The notes below the pieces were generated by a model. It worked only from the letters and a program-made list of their open reading frames with translations, was not told the DNA's origin and did not search any database. The position numbers and the translations under genes were made by a program. This document shows, piece by piece, positions 1 through 10,441 of a stretch of DNA of 63,561 bases (the first letter of the stretch is position 1; each line of letters begins with the position of its first letter). This DNA is from Nanobdellati archaeon (lineage in GTDB: Archaea; EX4484-52; GLR71): assembly GCA_019429005.1 (NCBI GenBank), contig JAHYJR010000004.1:77700-141260 (forward strand). Direction: 5' to 3'.

Positions 1-61
1 AACAATACTTAAATAAATGATTTAAAAAAGAAAAAAACAATAATTTCCGGAAACAAGGAAA

Positions 62-625
62 TCATTCTTTATTAGGTAATATAAACATAGGCCATTTTAT
101 ATCAGGATTCTCTACTTCCTCAATAATCCTTTTTATTATAGTCTTTTTTGGATTTGGAAGAAGTGTTACTCGAGCCTTTATATCTGCGAAAGATTCAAAT
201 GGTTTTATCTTACGTTTCTCGATTATTTCCCACATATGTTTCTTACCAATACCCGGGAAAAGCTCAAGCTGATGATGTCGCATTGTAATCGGTCCTGCTT
301 TATTGTAAATATTAACAAAACGTTGTTCATCACCCATAACAATAAGTTCAATAATATCATTAAGTTCAGAACGTGCTGTTGCAGTAAGATCATCAACAGA
401 AATCCTACCTTTTATAGATTTAACAACACTCCGTTCACCAGAACCTATATAAAGACGATCTTGAGGTTTTACATCAGTAACATCCTCACGAATAGTTACT
501 TCTAACAGATTAAAATGATTTTCACCAATTACAAGAGCAATAGGAGTCTCAGATCTATATTGTGCATAACCCGTTACTAAAAAATCCAATACAAAAGCAT
601 AATCATCTTTCATAAAATCCACCAA
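62..625 (-). CDS. DUF655 family putative RNA-binding protein
   Basis: YAFVLDFL, LLEV, PITMRHHQLELFPGIGKK motifs; conserved position after rpoF in the archaeal rpl21e-rpoF-DUF655 cluster. Confidence 0.9.
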   Translation of the reverse strand: MVDFMKDDYAFVLDFLVTGYAQYRSETPIALVIGENHFNLLEVTIREDVTDVKPQDRLYIGSGERSVVKSIKGRISVDDLTATARSELNDIIELIVMGDEQRFVNIYNKAGPITMRHHQLELFPGIGKKHMWEIIEKRKIKPFESFADIKARVTLLPNPKKTIIKRIIEEVENPDIKWPMFILPNKE

Positions 626-638
626 ATAATATTTTTAA

Positions 639-998
639 TTAATTCTTTGAAACGTTTTCTGGTCGTATTTTATCAACAATCTCTAAAATTGTTTTAATCT
701 GATCTTTCTCTAAATTAATTCGCTCTTTCATAAAAAGTAATTTTAACTCATCTTCATCAAAAGGAAGATTGTCAATTATCATTATTATATGATAATCTTT
801 AAGTATGGATACATTTTCAGTAAGTTCTTTTATTGCAAATTCAACATCTTTAGATTCTAATTTAACAAATTTTCTTAAATATTCAAGTGTTATACTCTGT
901 TCATGACCTAAAGTTAATTCATCATGACTAGATAATATATCTTTTGCAGTAACAAAAGATATTGGTGTTGTTTTTAGTTTCTCAAAAATACAAATCAC
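639..998 (-). CDS. rpoF: RNA polymerase subunit F (Rpo4)
   Basis: EQ..TLEYL.KF, IIDNLP..EDEL, ILEIV motifs; synteny; true start may differ slightly. Confidence 0.85.
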   Translation of the reverse strand: MICIFEKLKTTPISFVTAKDILSSHDELTLGHEQSITLEYLRKFVKLESKDVEFAIKELTENVSILKDYHIIMIIDNLPFDEDELKLLFMKERINLEKDQIKTILEIVDKIRPENVSKN

Positions 999-999
999 C

Positions 1000-1284
1000 T
1001 TATACTTTTAAAGTCCTGATATGTTCGGGTCTAGATAACAAGAATTTTGTCTTATTACCATCTTTTATCTCAACAAGATACGAGATCCCTCGAGATTCCT
1101 TAACAGTACCAACCTTACCTTTAAATCTTGTATGTGGCATACCCTTTATGACAGACGGATTAGGCATAATAGTTACCCTATGACCTATTTCAAACTGCTT
1201 AAGAGTAGTTGTAATCTTATTTCTACATGCTTTCTTATGCAGACTTCTCCTTGTCCCACTTCTATATCCTCTTGATCTTCTCAT
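1000..1284 (-). CDS. rpl21e: 50S ribosomal protein L21e
   Basis: SRGYRSGTR, PSV.KGMPH.RF.G..G.V, RPEHI motifs. Confidence 0.95.
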   Translation of the reverse strand: MRRSRGYRSGTRRSLHKKACRNKITTTLKQFEIGHRVTIMPNPSVIKGMPHTRFKGKVGTVKESRGISYLVEIKDGNKTKFLLSRPEHIRTLKV

Positions 1285-1401
1285 ATTTATGACCTTTAAA
1301 TTAAATATATCATTAAATTAACAATAAAACTAATACAAATTAGATTCTACTTAGATTTTATTAAATAAATAGATTTATATAAGTTGTGTCTTAAATGCAA
1401 A

Positions 1402-1497
1402 AAAGAGACATATCAATCGATTTGTAAAGAAACATATCAATCGATTTGTAAAGAGACATATCAATCGATTTGTAAAGAGACATATCAATCGATTTGT
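1402..1497. repeat. 24-bp tandem repeat x4 covering the pus10 stop codon
   Basis: AAAGAGACATATCAATCGATTTGT at 1402, 1426 (1 mismatch), 1450 and 1474, with no spacers. Confidence 0.95.
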
Positions 1498-2762
1498 ATA
1501 ACATCAAGTTCAATCACTTTTGCACCAACACCAAGAAGTCCAGTAACGGAAGGCTTAGTCCGATCATTATCGCCAGAGATAAGTTCTTTAATATAAAGAC
1601 CAGCATCCCCTTTTACATCAACTTCAATATGGGTTTTATCTATAAATTTTGCATTAATTGATATAACGTTTCGTTTTCGAATTAAATCGGCACGCCTATG
1701 ACTTACACGCTCAGGAGTTCTTTGATTGATTGTTTTTCCACTAAGCTCACTTATTTTTTTAACATCCTCTTTTTTGATATCAGAATCAAGTTCAACCATA
1801 GCACGATATGTCTTTGCAGACTTATTTGCTTTAATATCTACAACTTCAGCCTTATTTGAAAACCTAAGATCTGAAACTTCAACTTTATCTTTAGTCGCCT
1901 TATTTATTGTTTTAGTTAGAGCCTTAAGATCAAAAGATCTTTTCTGAGGTTCCTTCATTTCAACTATAAAAGGACGTCCTGCAAGATTAAGTGCGTCTAT
2001 ATCTTCTCTGCCAGCACCATGGAATTTTGATTCCATAGCATCAGATATTTCAAGTACAGGAGCTGCAATCAATTCTTCAACACTCTCTGGATACTGCTTT
2101 CCAGTCCAATCACAAGTATCACAACCAAGACCACGACATTTTCTACAAGGCCATTTTGTCTGAGGTATTCCACGCACAAGTTTCTTATATTTACCATAAA
2201 TATAAATCGGATTTGGTTTTACTTCAATGATATCATCTTCAAGATCAATAAGAATTGCTATATCAGGATTTGAACGTTCATGCTCCTTTCCAGCAAGAGT
2301 TGAGAAACGTTTTCCAACTTCTCTTGAAATTTCATTTTTTATTGATTCACAAAAATCAATACCCACAGATTCCCAAAAGACTTCTTCAGTATCACGAATC
2401 TTATCAGAAAGCCTTACACCTATTAAAAAATTTGAGAATTCAAGATTTTTTGTCTCATCAATAATTCGTTGTGCAAAAGTATCCACATCTTTAAAAATGT
2501 CGTTACATACAACACATTTCAAATCAGAATCAGATTTCTTAGCTTTTAACTTATAATTACGAAATTTAAAACTAGATAGATTAGATGCATTAACTTTTAT
2601 TTCACCACCACAATCAAGTGCTATAGCAATAGATGTTCTTATAATAGAACCTCTCTCCTTATTACTATAACCTGACAAAACTTGAGAAAACTGTCGTCCA
2701 AGGCAATGATCACATACATATCCGTACGAAAGTATTCTTGAAGTTATATCTATTAGTTCCAT
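1485..2762 (-). CDS. pus10: tRNA pseudouridine(54/55) synthase Pus10
   Basis: CDHCLGR Zn site, RGIPQTKWPC, FHGAGREDID catalytic Asp, QRTPERV, GLYIKEL; ATG 2762 preferred to 2828. Confidence 0.95.
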   Translation of the reverse strand: MELIDITSRILSYGYVCDHCLGRQFSQVLSGYSNKERGSIIRTSIAIALDCGGEIKVNASNLSSFKFRNYKLKAKKSDSDLKCVVCNDIFKDVDTFAQRIIDETKNLEFSNFLIGVRLSDKIRDTEEVFWESVGIDFCESIKNEISREVGKRFSTLAGKEHERSNPDIAILIDLEDDIIEVKPNPIYIYGKYKKLVRGIPQTKWPCRKCRGLGCDTCDWTGKQYPESVEELIAAPVLEISDAMESKFHGAGREDIDALNLAGRPFIVEMKEPQKRSFDLKALTKTINKATKDKVEVSDLRFSNKAEVVDIKANKSAKTYRAMVELDSDIKKEDVKKISELSGKTINQRTPERVSHRRADLIRKRNVISINAKFIDKTHIEVDVKGDAGLYIKELISGDNDRTKPSVTGLLGVGAKVIELDVIQID

Positions 2763-2831
2763 AGACACATATATAAAACAAAATTTTATAAGGGTTTTGA
2801 AATTGTACAAAATTAAACAGATTTTCAACAG

Positions 2832-3632
2832 TTAATTGAAAATTTTATCAGCATTTCGATATAATTTAGATATAATATCTAAAGACACACCAGCATCCAA
2901 AATAAGTTTCTCTTGTGACATTATTGTAGGTTTTAACAATTTGACGTAATCTGATGCAGGAACATTGCCAATAAGACTACCGACAGTAAGAGGGAAATCT
3001 GTGCCTAAAAGTAGTTTATCCATAATACCGTCAAGATTATTTACAATTAAATCTAATTTTGGTTTATAATTAAGGATTGATGATTCTAAATATACATTTG
3101 GATTTATTTTTGCAACTTCGATTGCATCAGAGACAAGCTGAGGTATGCCTAAATTTGAAAGATAAATATCCTCAATTGGTGGTCCATATGCACCAGAATG
3201 ACCAAGCATAAAAGTGCGTTTAGGATGTTCTTTTGCAAGAATTTCCACTTTTTGGGGATCAGAATAATCGGGTCTAAGCTCACCACAATGTGCATAAACC
3301 GGAAGGTTACGCTTATCAGCCTTAAGAATTGGATTTATATCTAATAAATCAAAGCCATCAATATAAGTCTCAAACTTGATAGCATCGGCACGTTCAGGTA
3401 TAACATAATTATCAGGATCTGAAATCCAATAAAAACCATATATTTTTGTAGATTTGCAAAACTGTTTTATCTTTTCAAGACATTCTTCATTATTATATAC
3501 AACAAAAGCAGTCGTTAGGTTTTGGGATTTAAAATAATCTCTATAGAGTTCAAGCGAATAATTAGGATTCATACCCATGATTCTTCGGTCAAGAAGATGT
3601 ATATGTGCATCTGTACGGTTAAGAGCTACCAT
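2832..3632 (-). CDS. amidohydrolase_2/TatD-like metal-dependent hydrolase
   Basis: DAHIH, PVYAHCG, LGHSG, NVYLESS, LLGTDFP. Confidence 0.8.
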   Translation of the reverse strand: MVALNRTDAHIHLLDRRIMGMNPNYSLELYRDYFKSQNLTTAFVVYNNEECLEKIKQFCKSTKIYGFYWISDPDNYVIPERADAIKFETYIDGFDLLDINPILKADKRNLPVYAHCGELRPDYSDPQKVEILAKEHPKRTFMLGHSGAYGPPIEDIYLSNLGIPQLVSDAIEVAKINPNVYLESSILNYKPKLDLIVNNLDGIMDKLLLGTDFPLTVGSLIGNVPASDYVKLLKPTIMSQEKLILDAGVSLDIISKLYRNADKIFN

Positions 3633-3693
3633 AGACAATTATTAGAATATTAATCATTAAATAACTAGTCAAAGGCATAAACAGTTACGCATA

Positions 3694-4980
3694 TCAAAGA
3701 TGTGAAAGAAACTCCTTTGCACCTTTAAAGACTGCACCTTCATCAATCGTTTTTAAGACCTTATTTTCCATAAGAATTTTTCCAGAAACTATTGTAGTAT
3801 CAACACAGGAACCATTTGCAGAATACACAATATTTGATACAAGGTTATGATTTGGAAACATTGCAATATCATTTAAATTACAGATGACCAAATCTGCCTG
3901 TTTTCCAATTTCAATTGAACCGACCAAGTCTTCAATACCAAGAACTTTTGCACCACATACCGTTGCAAGATCAAAAACTTGTTGAGCAGATATTACTTCA
4001 GGATCATTTTCGACAAACTTGTGTAAAAGAGCACAGACTTTCATCTCTGAAAACATATCAAGAGAATTATTGCTTGCAGAACCATCTGTTCCAAGACCAA
4101 CAAGTATTTTAGCTTTTAATAGTTTAGATAGTGGCATTGCACTACCTGTTGCAAGCTTCATATTTGATGAGGGATTATGAGATATTTTCACACCGTTTTT
4201 TGAAAGAATTTTAAAATCATTTTCTGATAGATGGCATGAATGCGCCATAATCACATCGTTTTTAAGAAAACCAATGCTTTCAAGATATTCAATAGGCGTC
4301 AGACCATATTGTTTAATTGAATCTTCAACTTCTTTAACAGTTTCGGATACATGTATATGCAGCGGAATATTATATTTTTCTGCAAGCTTTCTTGAACCCA
4401 TTAAATGATCTTTTGAACAGGTATAAGGTGCATGAGGTCCAACCATAGATCTTAGAAGATTTGATTTTTTTGACAATAGATAAGATATAAAACTATCACG
4501 CTCTTTCAATTTCTCTTCACTTTTTTCAGTTTCACCTATATCAGTACTACCTCTTGAGATAAAACCGCGGATACCCACCTCAATTGCTGCATCACAAACG
4601 CCTTCTGAAAACATATACATATCATTAAAACAGGTTGTACCAGTACGTATCATTTCAATAAAGGCCAACATAACTCCATAATATGCGGATTTTTCATCAA
4701 GTTTATCTTCAACAGGCCATATTTTTTCAGAAAGCCACTTGTCAAGAGACATATCATCACTATACCCCTTAAAGAGAGTCATAGCAAGGTGATTATGTGT
4801 GTTTATAAGACCTGGAATGATAAATTTATCTTTACAATCAAGTACTTTTCCAGATGTTTGAAGATCTTTTCCGATTTTGACGATTTTACTATCTTGAATC
4901 AAAATATCTTCGTTTTTTATTATTGAACGCTTTTGATCTTGTGTCAAAATATATGAACAGTCTTTAAGAAGGATTTCCAT
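3694..4980 (-). CDS. mtaD: 5'-methylthioadenosine/S-adenosylhomocysteine deaminase family amidohydrolase
   Basis: PGLINTHNH, GTTCFNDMY, PHAPYTC, HIHVSET, HNPSSNMKL, LGTDGSASNN. Confidence 0.85.
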   Translation of the reverse strand: MEILLKDCSYILTQDQKRSIIKNEDILIQDSKIVKIGKDLQTSGKVLDCKDKFIIPGLINTHNHLAMTLFKGYSDDMSLDKWLSEKIWPVEDKLDEKSAYYGVMLAFIEMIRTGTTCFNDMYMFSEGVCDAAIEVGIRGFISRGSTDIGETEKSEEKLKERDSFISYLLSKKSNLLRSMVGPHAPYTCSKDHLMGSRKLAEKYNIPLHIHVSETVKEVEDSIKQYGLTPIEYLESIGFLKNDVIMAHSCHLSENDFKILSKNGVKISHNPSSNMKLATGSAMPLSKLLKAKILVGLGTDGSASNNSLDMFSEMKVCALLHKFVENDPEVISAQQVFDLATVCGAKVLGIEDLVGSIEIGKQADLVICNLNDIAMFPNHNLVSNIVYSANGSCVDTTIVSGKILMENKVLKTIDEGAVFKGAKEFLSHL

Positions 4981-5031
4981 AGATGTTTTTTAATCAGAAG
5001 ATTTATTTAATTTTGGGTGATGTTTAAAAAA

Positions 5032-5778
5032 TCATAAGTAAGCATCTTTGCTTACAACCCCAGATATGAACATATCATTTGCAAAGGTTTTTAATCCAAT
5101 TGCTTCAAGTTCTTTGTACATATATACAGATTTTAAATCAAATAGATTATTTAAATCTTTTAGAGCATCAATTGATTCAGAAAACGTATCACCATACTTA
5201 GCTTGTATATGTTCAGTTAATTTCTTTGTGATAACCATCTCATTTTTAATTAATGAACTAATACCAAGTTCAGAAATATAATTCTCAAGTCCAAAGGTAC
5301 CTTCAAAGATATTTGGAAAACTTAGTGGACCTTCTTCACGTATCGTATCAAGACATTCTTCAGAAAGTTTATACATAAATACAGTATTTTGTTTATACAT
5401 AAAATCAATCTTTTCAAAAGTTTCATATAGTAATTCATGTGCTTGTATTGTACCATATATTTTTGATATTTGAGCAATTTTTAAGTTTTCCATATCATTA
5501 AGCACTTTTTGAAGTTCTGTAACATCCCTATTTGATATTGTTTTTTCCGCAATTTTCGCATTAAGAATAGATTCATTTTCCTTAATTAAATCAAACATAG
5601 ATTCATATTCCTCAATAAATGTATATAATCTACCAACAACACCATCACTATAAATATTAAAATCAACATTTTTTAGAGATTCAAGAGCACCCTTATTAAT
5701 ATTTATAGAATGATTAAAAAGAGAAATATATTTGATATTTGCCAATTCAGCATCAGAAGGATTTCTTTGAGTTACCAT
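5032..5778 (-). CDS. hypothetical helical protein
   Basis: 248-aa ORF with GTGGTG RBS-like element; no recognisable motif. Confidence 0.6.
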   Translation of the reverse strand: MVTQRNPSDAELANIKYISLFNHSININKGALESLKNVDFNIYSDGVVGRLYTFIEEYESMFDLIKENESILNAKIAEKTISNRDVTELQKVLNDMENLKIAQISKIYGTIQAHELLYETFEKIDFMYKQNTVFMYKLSEECLDTIREEGPLSFPNIFEGTFGLENYISELGISSLIKNEMVITKKLTEHIQAKYGDTFSESIDALKDLNNLFDLKSVYMYKELEAIGLKTFANDMFISGVVSKDAYL

Positions 5779-5961
5779 AACACCACTTGTTACTTATATA
5801 TAGTAAATATATCTTTTTAAATCTATGTGTTGTTAAAAACATATAAAACAATAGCAGTACAACAAATAGAAAAAATATTGATTACGCTGTGAACAACTAA
5901 AATATTTACAAATTAATAATATATCAAAAAGACATAAAGATTATATCAAAATACATAAAAA

Positions 5962-6549
5962 TCAGATTTTATCATTCAACCAATTGACAATCGTTATGCA
6001 ATGACTTGCAAGATATGATTTATCGCCAAGAGATACACGATTTAGCTTATATTTTTCCAAATATGCAATTTCGGAATCAATAAGATCTTCCTTGTCACCA
6101 AGAATAAAAAATGCATCCGTATACTTAACTTTGTCAAGAGGTTCCAAGGATTTACCCTCTTCAGATAGGAGGAAAAAGGTTTTCTCTTTGTTATCCTCAA
6201 TAAGTTGTTCAAACGATTTCCTACTTACAAAAATACCTGGTGTTGACTCTATTTCTTTACCATCTTTAAAACGTTCAATTGCTTTTTTTAAGAAAATTGA
6301 AATATTTCGCTCATCCGGTTGCACTTTTCGTAATTTAGCACCTTCAATCCGGATATAGATTGGAGGATTAGGTTCGCCGTGTAAAATAGTATGAAAAACG
6401 ACATCGCGTCGCATAGCATTAGATAACCATAATGCTGAATTTATACATCTTGAAATTATATCAAGCCGACCTGCACTACCTGCAAGATCTGAAAGATTGA
6501 TATCTGGTGACGTCTGTCCTTTAGTTGATTTTACATAAAAATGAATCAT
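5962..6549 (-). CDS. trmY: tRNA (pseudouridine54-N1)-methyltransferase
   Basis: DLAGSAGRLDIISRC, PDERN, STPGI, FILGD, SLG..SYLASHCI SPOUT motifs. Confidence 0.92.
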   Translation of the reverse strand: MIHFYVKSTKGQTSPDINLSDLAGSAGRLDIISRCINSALWLSNAMRRDVVFHTILHGEPNPPIYIRIEGAKLRKVQPDERNISIFLKKAIERFKDGKEIESTPGIFVSRKSFEQLIEDNKEKTFFLLSEEGKSLEPLDKVKYTDAFFILGDKEDLIDSEIAYLEKYKLNRVSLGDKSYLASHCITIVNWLNDKI

Positions 6550-6591
6550 AACTATTAAGATGCTATAAAACAATAAAAATTTATGTAATAT

Positions 6592-7068
6592 TTACTCAAA
6601 ATCAGAAAGAGTTGTATCACCTATTAGATATTTTTTAGTATCAACAACTTTACGGTTTCGTATCACAGTATGATTTAATTCAGAAGAATCCTCAGGTACT
6701 TCTATATAGGTCAAAGGCTTAGGTATTTTCCCTTTTTGATAACGCACAATAACCTGTTCACTTGAGCCCGATTTGATAGACCCATCATTACATAAAGTGT
6801 AAAGATATTCTGGCATCTTTAAAAAAAGTTCTTTTGTTCCTAATTGATTTAATTTAGTTCCACTAAGCCCTGAATAATTTACAAAAGTATTGATTGGTTC
6901 AAATACGTCAGAGACATATATAGGTTCAGGTAATTCAATTTCTTTAGGAAGAATAAATGTTTCAATCTGTGATTCTGGTATATTTGATTCAACAAGATTC
7001 CGGTCAGTAACTAACTTAATATAGTCATCACTTACACCTAACTGCTCCAAAATTGAATATAAACTCAT
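6592..7068 (-). CDS. hypothetical protein
   Basis: 158-aa ORF with GGTG RBS-like element. Confidence 0.55.
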   Translation of the reverse strand: MSLYSILEQLGVSDDYIKLVTDRNLVESNIPESQIETFILPKEIELPEPIYVSDVFEPINTFVNYSGLSGTKLNQLGTKELFLKMPEYLYTLCNDGSIKSGSSEQVIVRYQKGKIPKPLTYIEVPEDSSELNHTVIRNRKVVDTKKYLIGDTTLSDFE

Positions 7069-7192
7069 AAATACACCATTTTTTAATTCAGATAGATATT
7101 ATTATACCTAAAACTTTAAATAGTGTTACTATAAAGAAATAAATTATGCTGTATGAATCTCTCAGATAGACCAATACAACACATTACTGTTT

Positions 7193-9403
7193 CTAATACA
7201 AAATAGGTTTATCATAATCTGAAACAGGAAGGTTTACCTTATTAACCTCTTCCAAATCATTAATATTATTCATCTTTACCATACCATCTGATACAGTATA
7301 AAGTGTGTCTGCGATATAAAGAGACCGTTTAATTGAATATTCTGAACCATAATAATACCAACCGCCTTTATCAAATACATCTGTATTTTCATTATGAGTT
7401 ACAGTACCACGTAATCCGATACCAGTCTCTAGATTTATATCAAATATGTACGCACCTTGGAAAACATAGTCACCATAAGTCCAGTCAGAGATACCTTCAG
7501 GATATTTATCCTCATCAATTTCTGCAAGAGTTATAGGTATTGATAGAAGATTCTTATCACGACTGAAAAGGAATGCCTTATGATCTTGAAGTGCATATGA
7601 ATCCGTACCCCTATCACCGATTACAAAACTTGAGATTTCTTTTGGCGTACTGACATCAGTAACATCAAATAATGCAATTTTCACACCTTGATACCATGCA
7701 AAATTACCTGTATCTGAAGGATCTGCAACTTTACCGATACCAATCAAATGATTCTCATCATAAGGATGTAAATAGTCTGAATATCCTGGAATTTTTAGTT
7801 TACCCAAGACTTTAGGATCTGTTGGTTGAGATAAATCAATTACAAATAAAGGATCAATCTTTTGAAAGGTGACAAGATATCCTTTTTCACCCATAAATCT
7901 TGCCGAATAAATACTTTCACCAGGTGCAAGATCTTCTAAGGCACCAACTTGTTCAAGATTGCTATCAAGAACATAAATATGGTTTGCAGACGTTACATCA
8001 CCTGCTCTTGTCACACGGCCTGTGGTTGTTGCAATCCTAAAATGATTATCATATTCATCCATTGAAAACTGATTCAGCACACGTCCGGAAACATTGCCTG
8101 TCGCACTATATTCAATATTACCACCTGCAATTGAAATCTTATGTATCACCGTTTTTTCAGTCTCTTTTGCAATTTCACGTTCAAGAACCTCATACTTTTC
8201 CTTAAAGTCATTCTGCATTATTTCTTTCTGGTCATCAGGCAAAGATTCTATATAATCCATAAATAATTTGCCGATATCATTTTGTTTTTCAACCTGACTA
8301 AGATCTGATTTTTCAATGTTTCTTATATCAGATGAAATTTTAGTTGATACAAGTGGCATTATTATGTTATCTATAGCACGTTCAATAAAAAATGTTTCAG
8401 GTACTCGTTTTTGATAAACAACATAAATATTATCTTGTGAAACATACATCTCTTGAGTACCACCTAAAAGATATACATTACCTTCAGATTCAATATTATC
8501 ATCTTGTACATTAACAGATATAATTGTTGTAAATGAATAAGAATTATCTATCGTATTAAAATGATATACATCAAGTTCTTTAGACTCAACTGTTGTGCTT
8601 GATATCAATTCAGGAATTCGTATATTAGTATAATCATAAACATACTCCGATGCTACTATATAAACATAATCACCAATCATCCGCGAATCAAAATAATTTC
8701 CATCAACTGAAATATTTTTTGATAGAATCGGATTTGAACGATCTGAAACGTCATAAACATCAATAACGGAATAATAAGATACATGCATATAATCTGGTGC
8801 TATCATCCTAGAACTCAAACTTGCTAACTCTTTAGTTTCAGCTATTGGTTGACCTTGAGTAGAATACACATAACGATTACCGATAACAATCAGTTTATCA
8901 TTATTAATGTAAATTATATTAGGAGAATAATCAAAATCAATATTTGAAATTAATTTTGCAGATTCTGCAGGATATGCATTAATTATTGATACTGTATTTC
9001 CTGAAAGAACATATATGTATGAACCATCACTTTTTACGATATCACCTTCATCAACACCATCAACTTGTATATTTGTTTTTGAGAAATCACCATCTGAAAC
9101 TTGAGTGGGTTGCGATATTGTTTTTGTAGATATAGCTGAACCCATATCAGTTGTAGACATTTCCATAACAACACGGTCTGAGCCCATAACACCCATACTC
9201 ATACTATTACCATAATATATATTTTGTTCTTGATTCTCTTTCAAAAAAGACTTTATCTCATCAATAGAATTAAATTTGCTAAATGTATCTTGTGATGAAT
9301 AAATATTAGATTGAATATCCATTGGATATAAAGCAATCACACCAAAGGTGATAATAAGTACAAACATAACCAAAGCTGGTGTTTTTAATTCGTCAGGTAT
9401 CAT
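7193..9403 (-). CDS. membrane-anchored protein with beta-propeller domain (Beta_propel family)
   Basis: N-terminal TM; TNIQVDGVDEGDIVKSDG, LNQFSMDEY, FRIATT, GESIYSARF, DPLFVIDL, LKIPGYSDYLHP. Confidence 0.9.
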   Translation of the reverse strand: MIPDELKTPALVMFVLIITFGVIALYPMDIQSNIYSSQDTFSKFNSIDEIKSFLKENQEQNIYYGNSMSMGVMGSDRVVMEMSTTDMGSAISTKTISQPTQVSDGDFSKTNIQVDGVDEGDIVKSDGSYIYVLSGNTVSIINAYPAESAKLISNIDFDYSPNIIYINNDKLIVIGNRYVYSTQGQPIAETKELASLSSRMIAPDYMHVSYYSVIDVYDVSDRSNPILSKNISVDGNYFDSRMIGDYVYIVASEYVYDYTNIRIPELISSTTVESKELDVYHFNTIDNSYSFTTIISVNVQDDNIESEGNVYLLGGTQEMYVSQDNIYVVYQKRVPETFFIERAIDNIIMPLVSTKISSDIRNIEKSDLSQVEKQNDIGKLFMDYIESLPDDQKEIMQNDFKEKYEVLEREIAKETEKTVIHKISIAGGNIEYSATGNVSGRVLNQFSMDEYDNHFRIATTTGRVTRAGDVTSANHIYVLDSNLEQVGALEDLAPGESIYSARFMGEKGYLVTFQKIDPLFVIDLSQPTDPKVLGKLKIPGYSDYLHPYDENHLIGIGKVADPSDTGNFAWYQGVKIALFDVTDVSTPKEISSFVIGDRGTDSYALQDHKAFLFSRDKNLLSIPITLAEIDEDKYPEGISDWTYGDYVFQGAYIFDINLETGIGLRGTVTHNENTDVFDKGGWYYYGSEYSIKRSLYIADTLYTVSDGMVKMNNINDLEEVNKVNLPVSDYDKPILY

Positions 9404-9475
9404 AAGAAAATATAGAATTTTAACCTATATATACCTAGCTTTTTGTTCGGGAAAAATCCCGAAAATCAAATTAAA

Positions 9476-10402
9476 TTAAATTAAAAGCTTCCCATCTTTC
9501 ATTATTACCTTATCATCAGCATAGATTGTTGGTTTGAAAAGTATAGAATCATAATGAATATCAGAATAGACTTTTCCACCAAAAGCGGTACTATTACCAA
9601 ATGCAATATGACAAGTACCAAAAACTTTTTCATCTTGTAATATAAAACCAATTATTTCAGCTTTCATATTTATACCAATACCAAATTCTGCAATATTTCG
9701 TGCATTTTCTATAGTATCAAAAAGCTTGGAAAGTTTACAGCCTTTATCAGAGATATCCCTGGCAAGCCCCTCTTTTACTGTAATAATCGCACCCTCACTT
9801 GCAATCACGCCATTTGCATCTTTCATAATATCAACTACAATTATTCCGTTTGCTGTTGATTCTAGTGGTGCAAAAAAGACTTCTCCAGCTGGAAGATTGC
9901 CATAAAGACATTTATCTTTAAGATTATTTGTATCTACATCAATTTCAGGTCTGACATCAAAAGAAATATCTGTACCAGACGGTGTGATAACGCGTATCTG
10001 TTTGGATGACATAAGTGCATCTTTTATTGTTAAACCTAATTTATCCATATCAGATGAATCTACATCAAGAGCATCAAACATCAGTTCGTTAAACCCTGGC
10101 ATTGATGCAATCCGTGCACCATTTTCACAAGCTTTAATTCTTGCGTTTGTATGTGTCAAAGAATTAGTTGTAATCAATATTGAAATATCATGTTCAAGCA
10201 TGATTTTTGCAACCTCATCAGACGGTTCTTCACCTGAATGATTACCTATAGGCTTTTTAACAAAAATTGTGTTTTCAGATAATTTTTTTGCAGCTTCAAA
10301 AAAGGGTTCTGCATTTTTTTCCAAATTATCATCTGTTAAAACAAGAACTTTTTCACCTTGCTTTATATCAAATACATCTTTCAAAATTTTTACCATATTC
10401 AT
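9476..10402 (-). CDS. M29 family aminopeptidase (leucyl aminopeptidase-like)
   Basis: GARIASMPG, NLPAGEVF.AP, AEFGIG.N, DEK..GTCHIAFG, HYD. Confidence 0.88.
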   Translation of the reverse strand: MNMVKILKDVFDIKQGEKVLVLTDDNLEKNAEPFFEAAKKLSENTIFVKKPIGNHSGEEPSDEVAKIMLEHDISILITTNSLTHTNARIKACENGARIASMPGFNELMFDALDVDSSDMDKLGLTIKDALMSSKQIRVITPSGTDISFDVRPEIDVDTNNLKDKCLYGNLPAGEVFFAPLESTANGIIVVDIMKDANGVIASEGAIITVKEGLARDISDKGCKLSKLFDTIENARNIAEFGIGINMKAEIIGFILQDEKVFGTCHIAFGNSTAFGGKVYSDIHYDSILFKPTIYADDKVIMKDGKLLI

Positions 10403-10441
10403 TTAAATCAACTTAATAATTATTCAACAAGCACGCAACAA

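Noticed and set aside
1384-1596. 70-aa ORF with CKETYQSI repeats, or a possible CRISPR array
   Set aside because: It is the translation of the spacer-less 24-bp tandem repeat and lies antisense to pus10.
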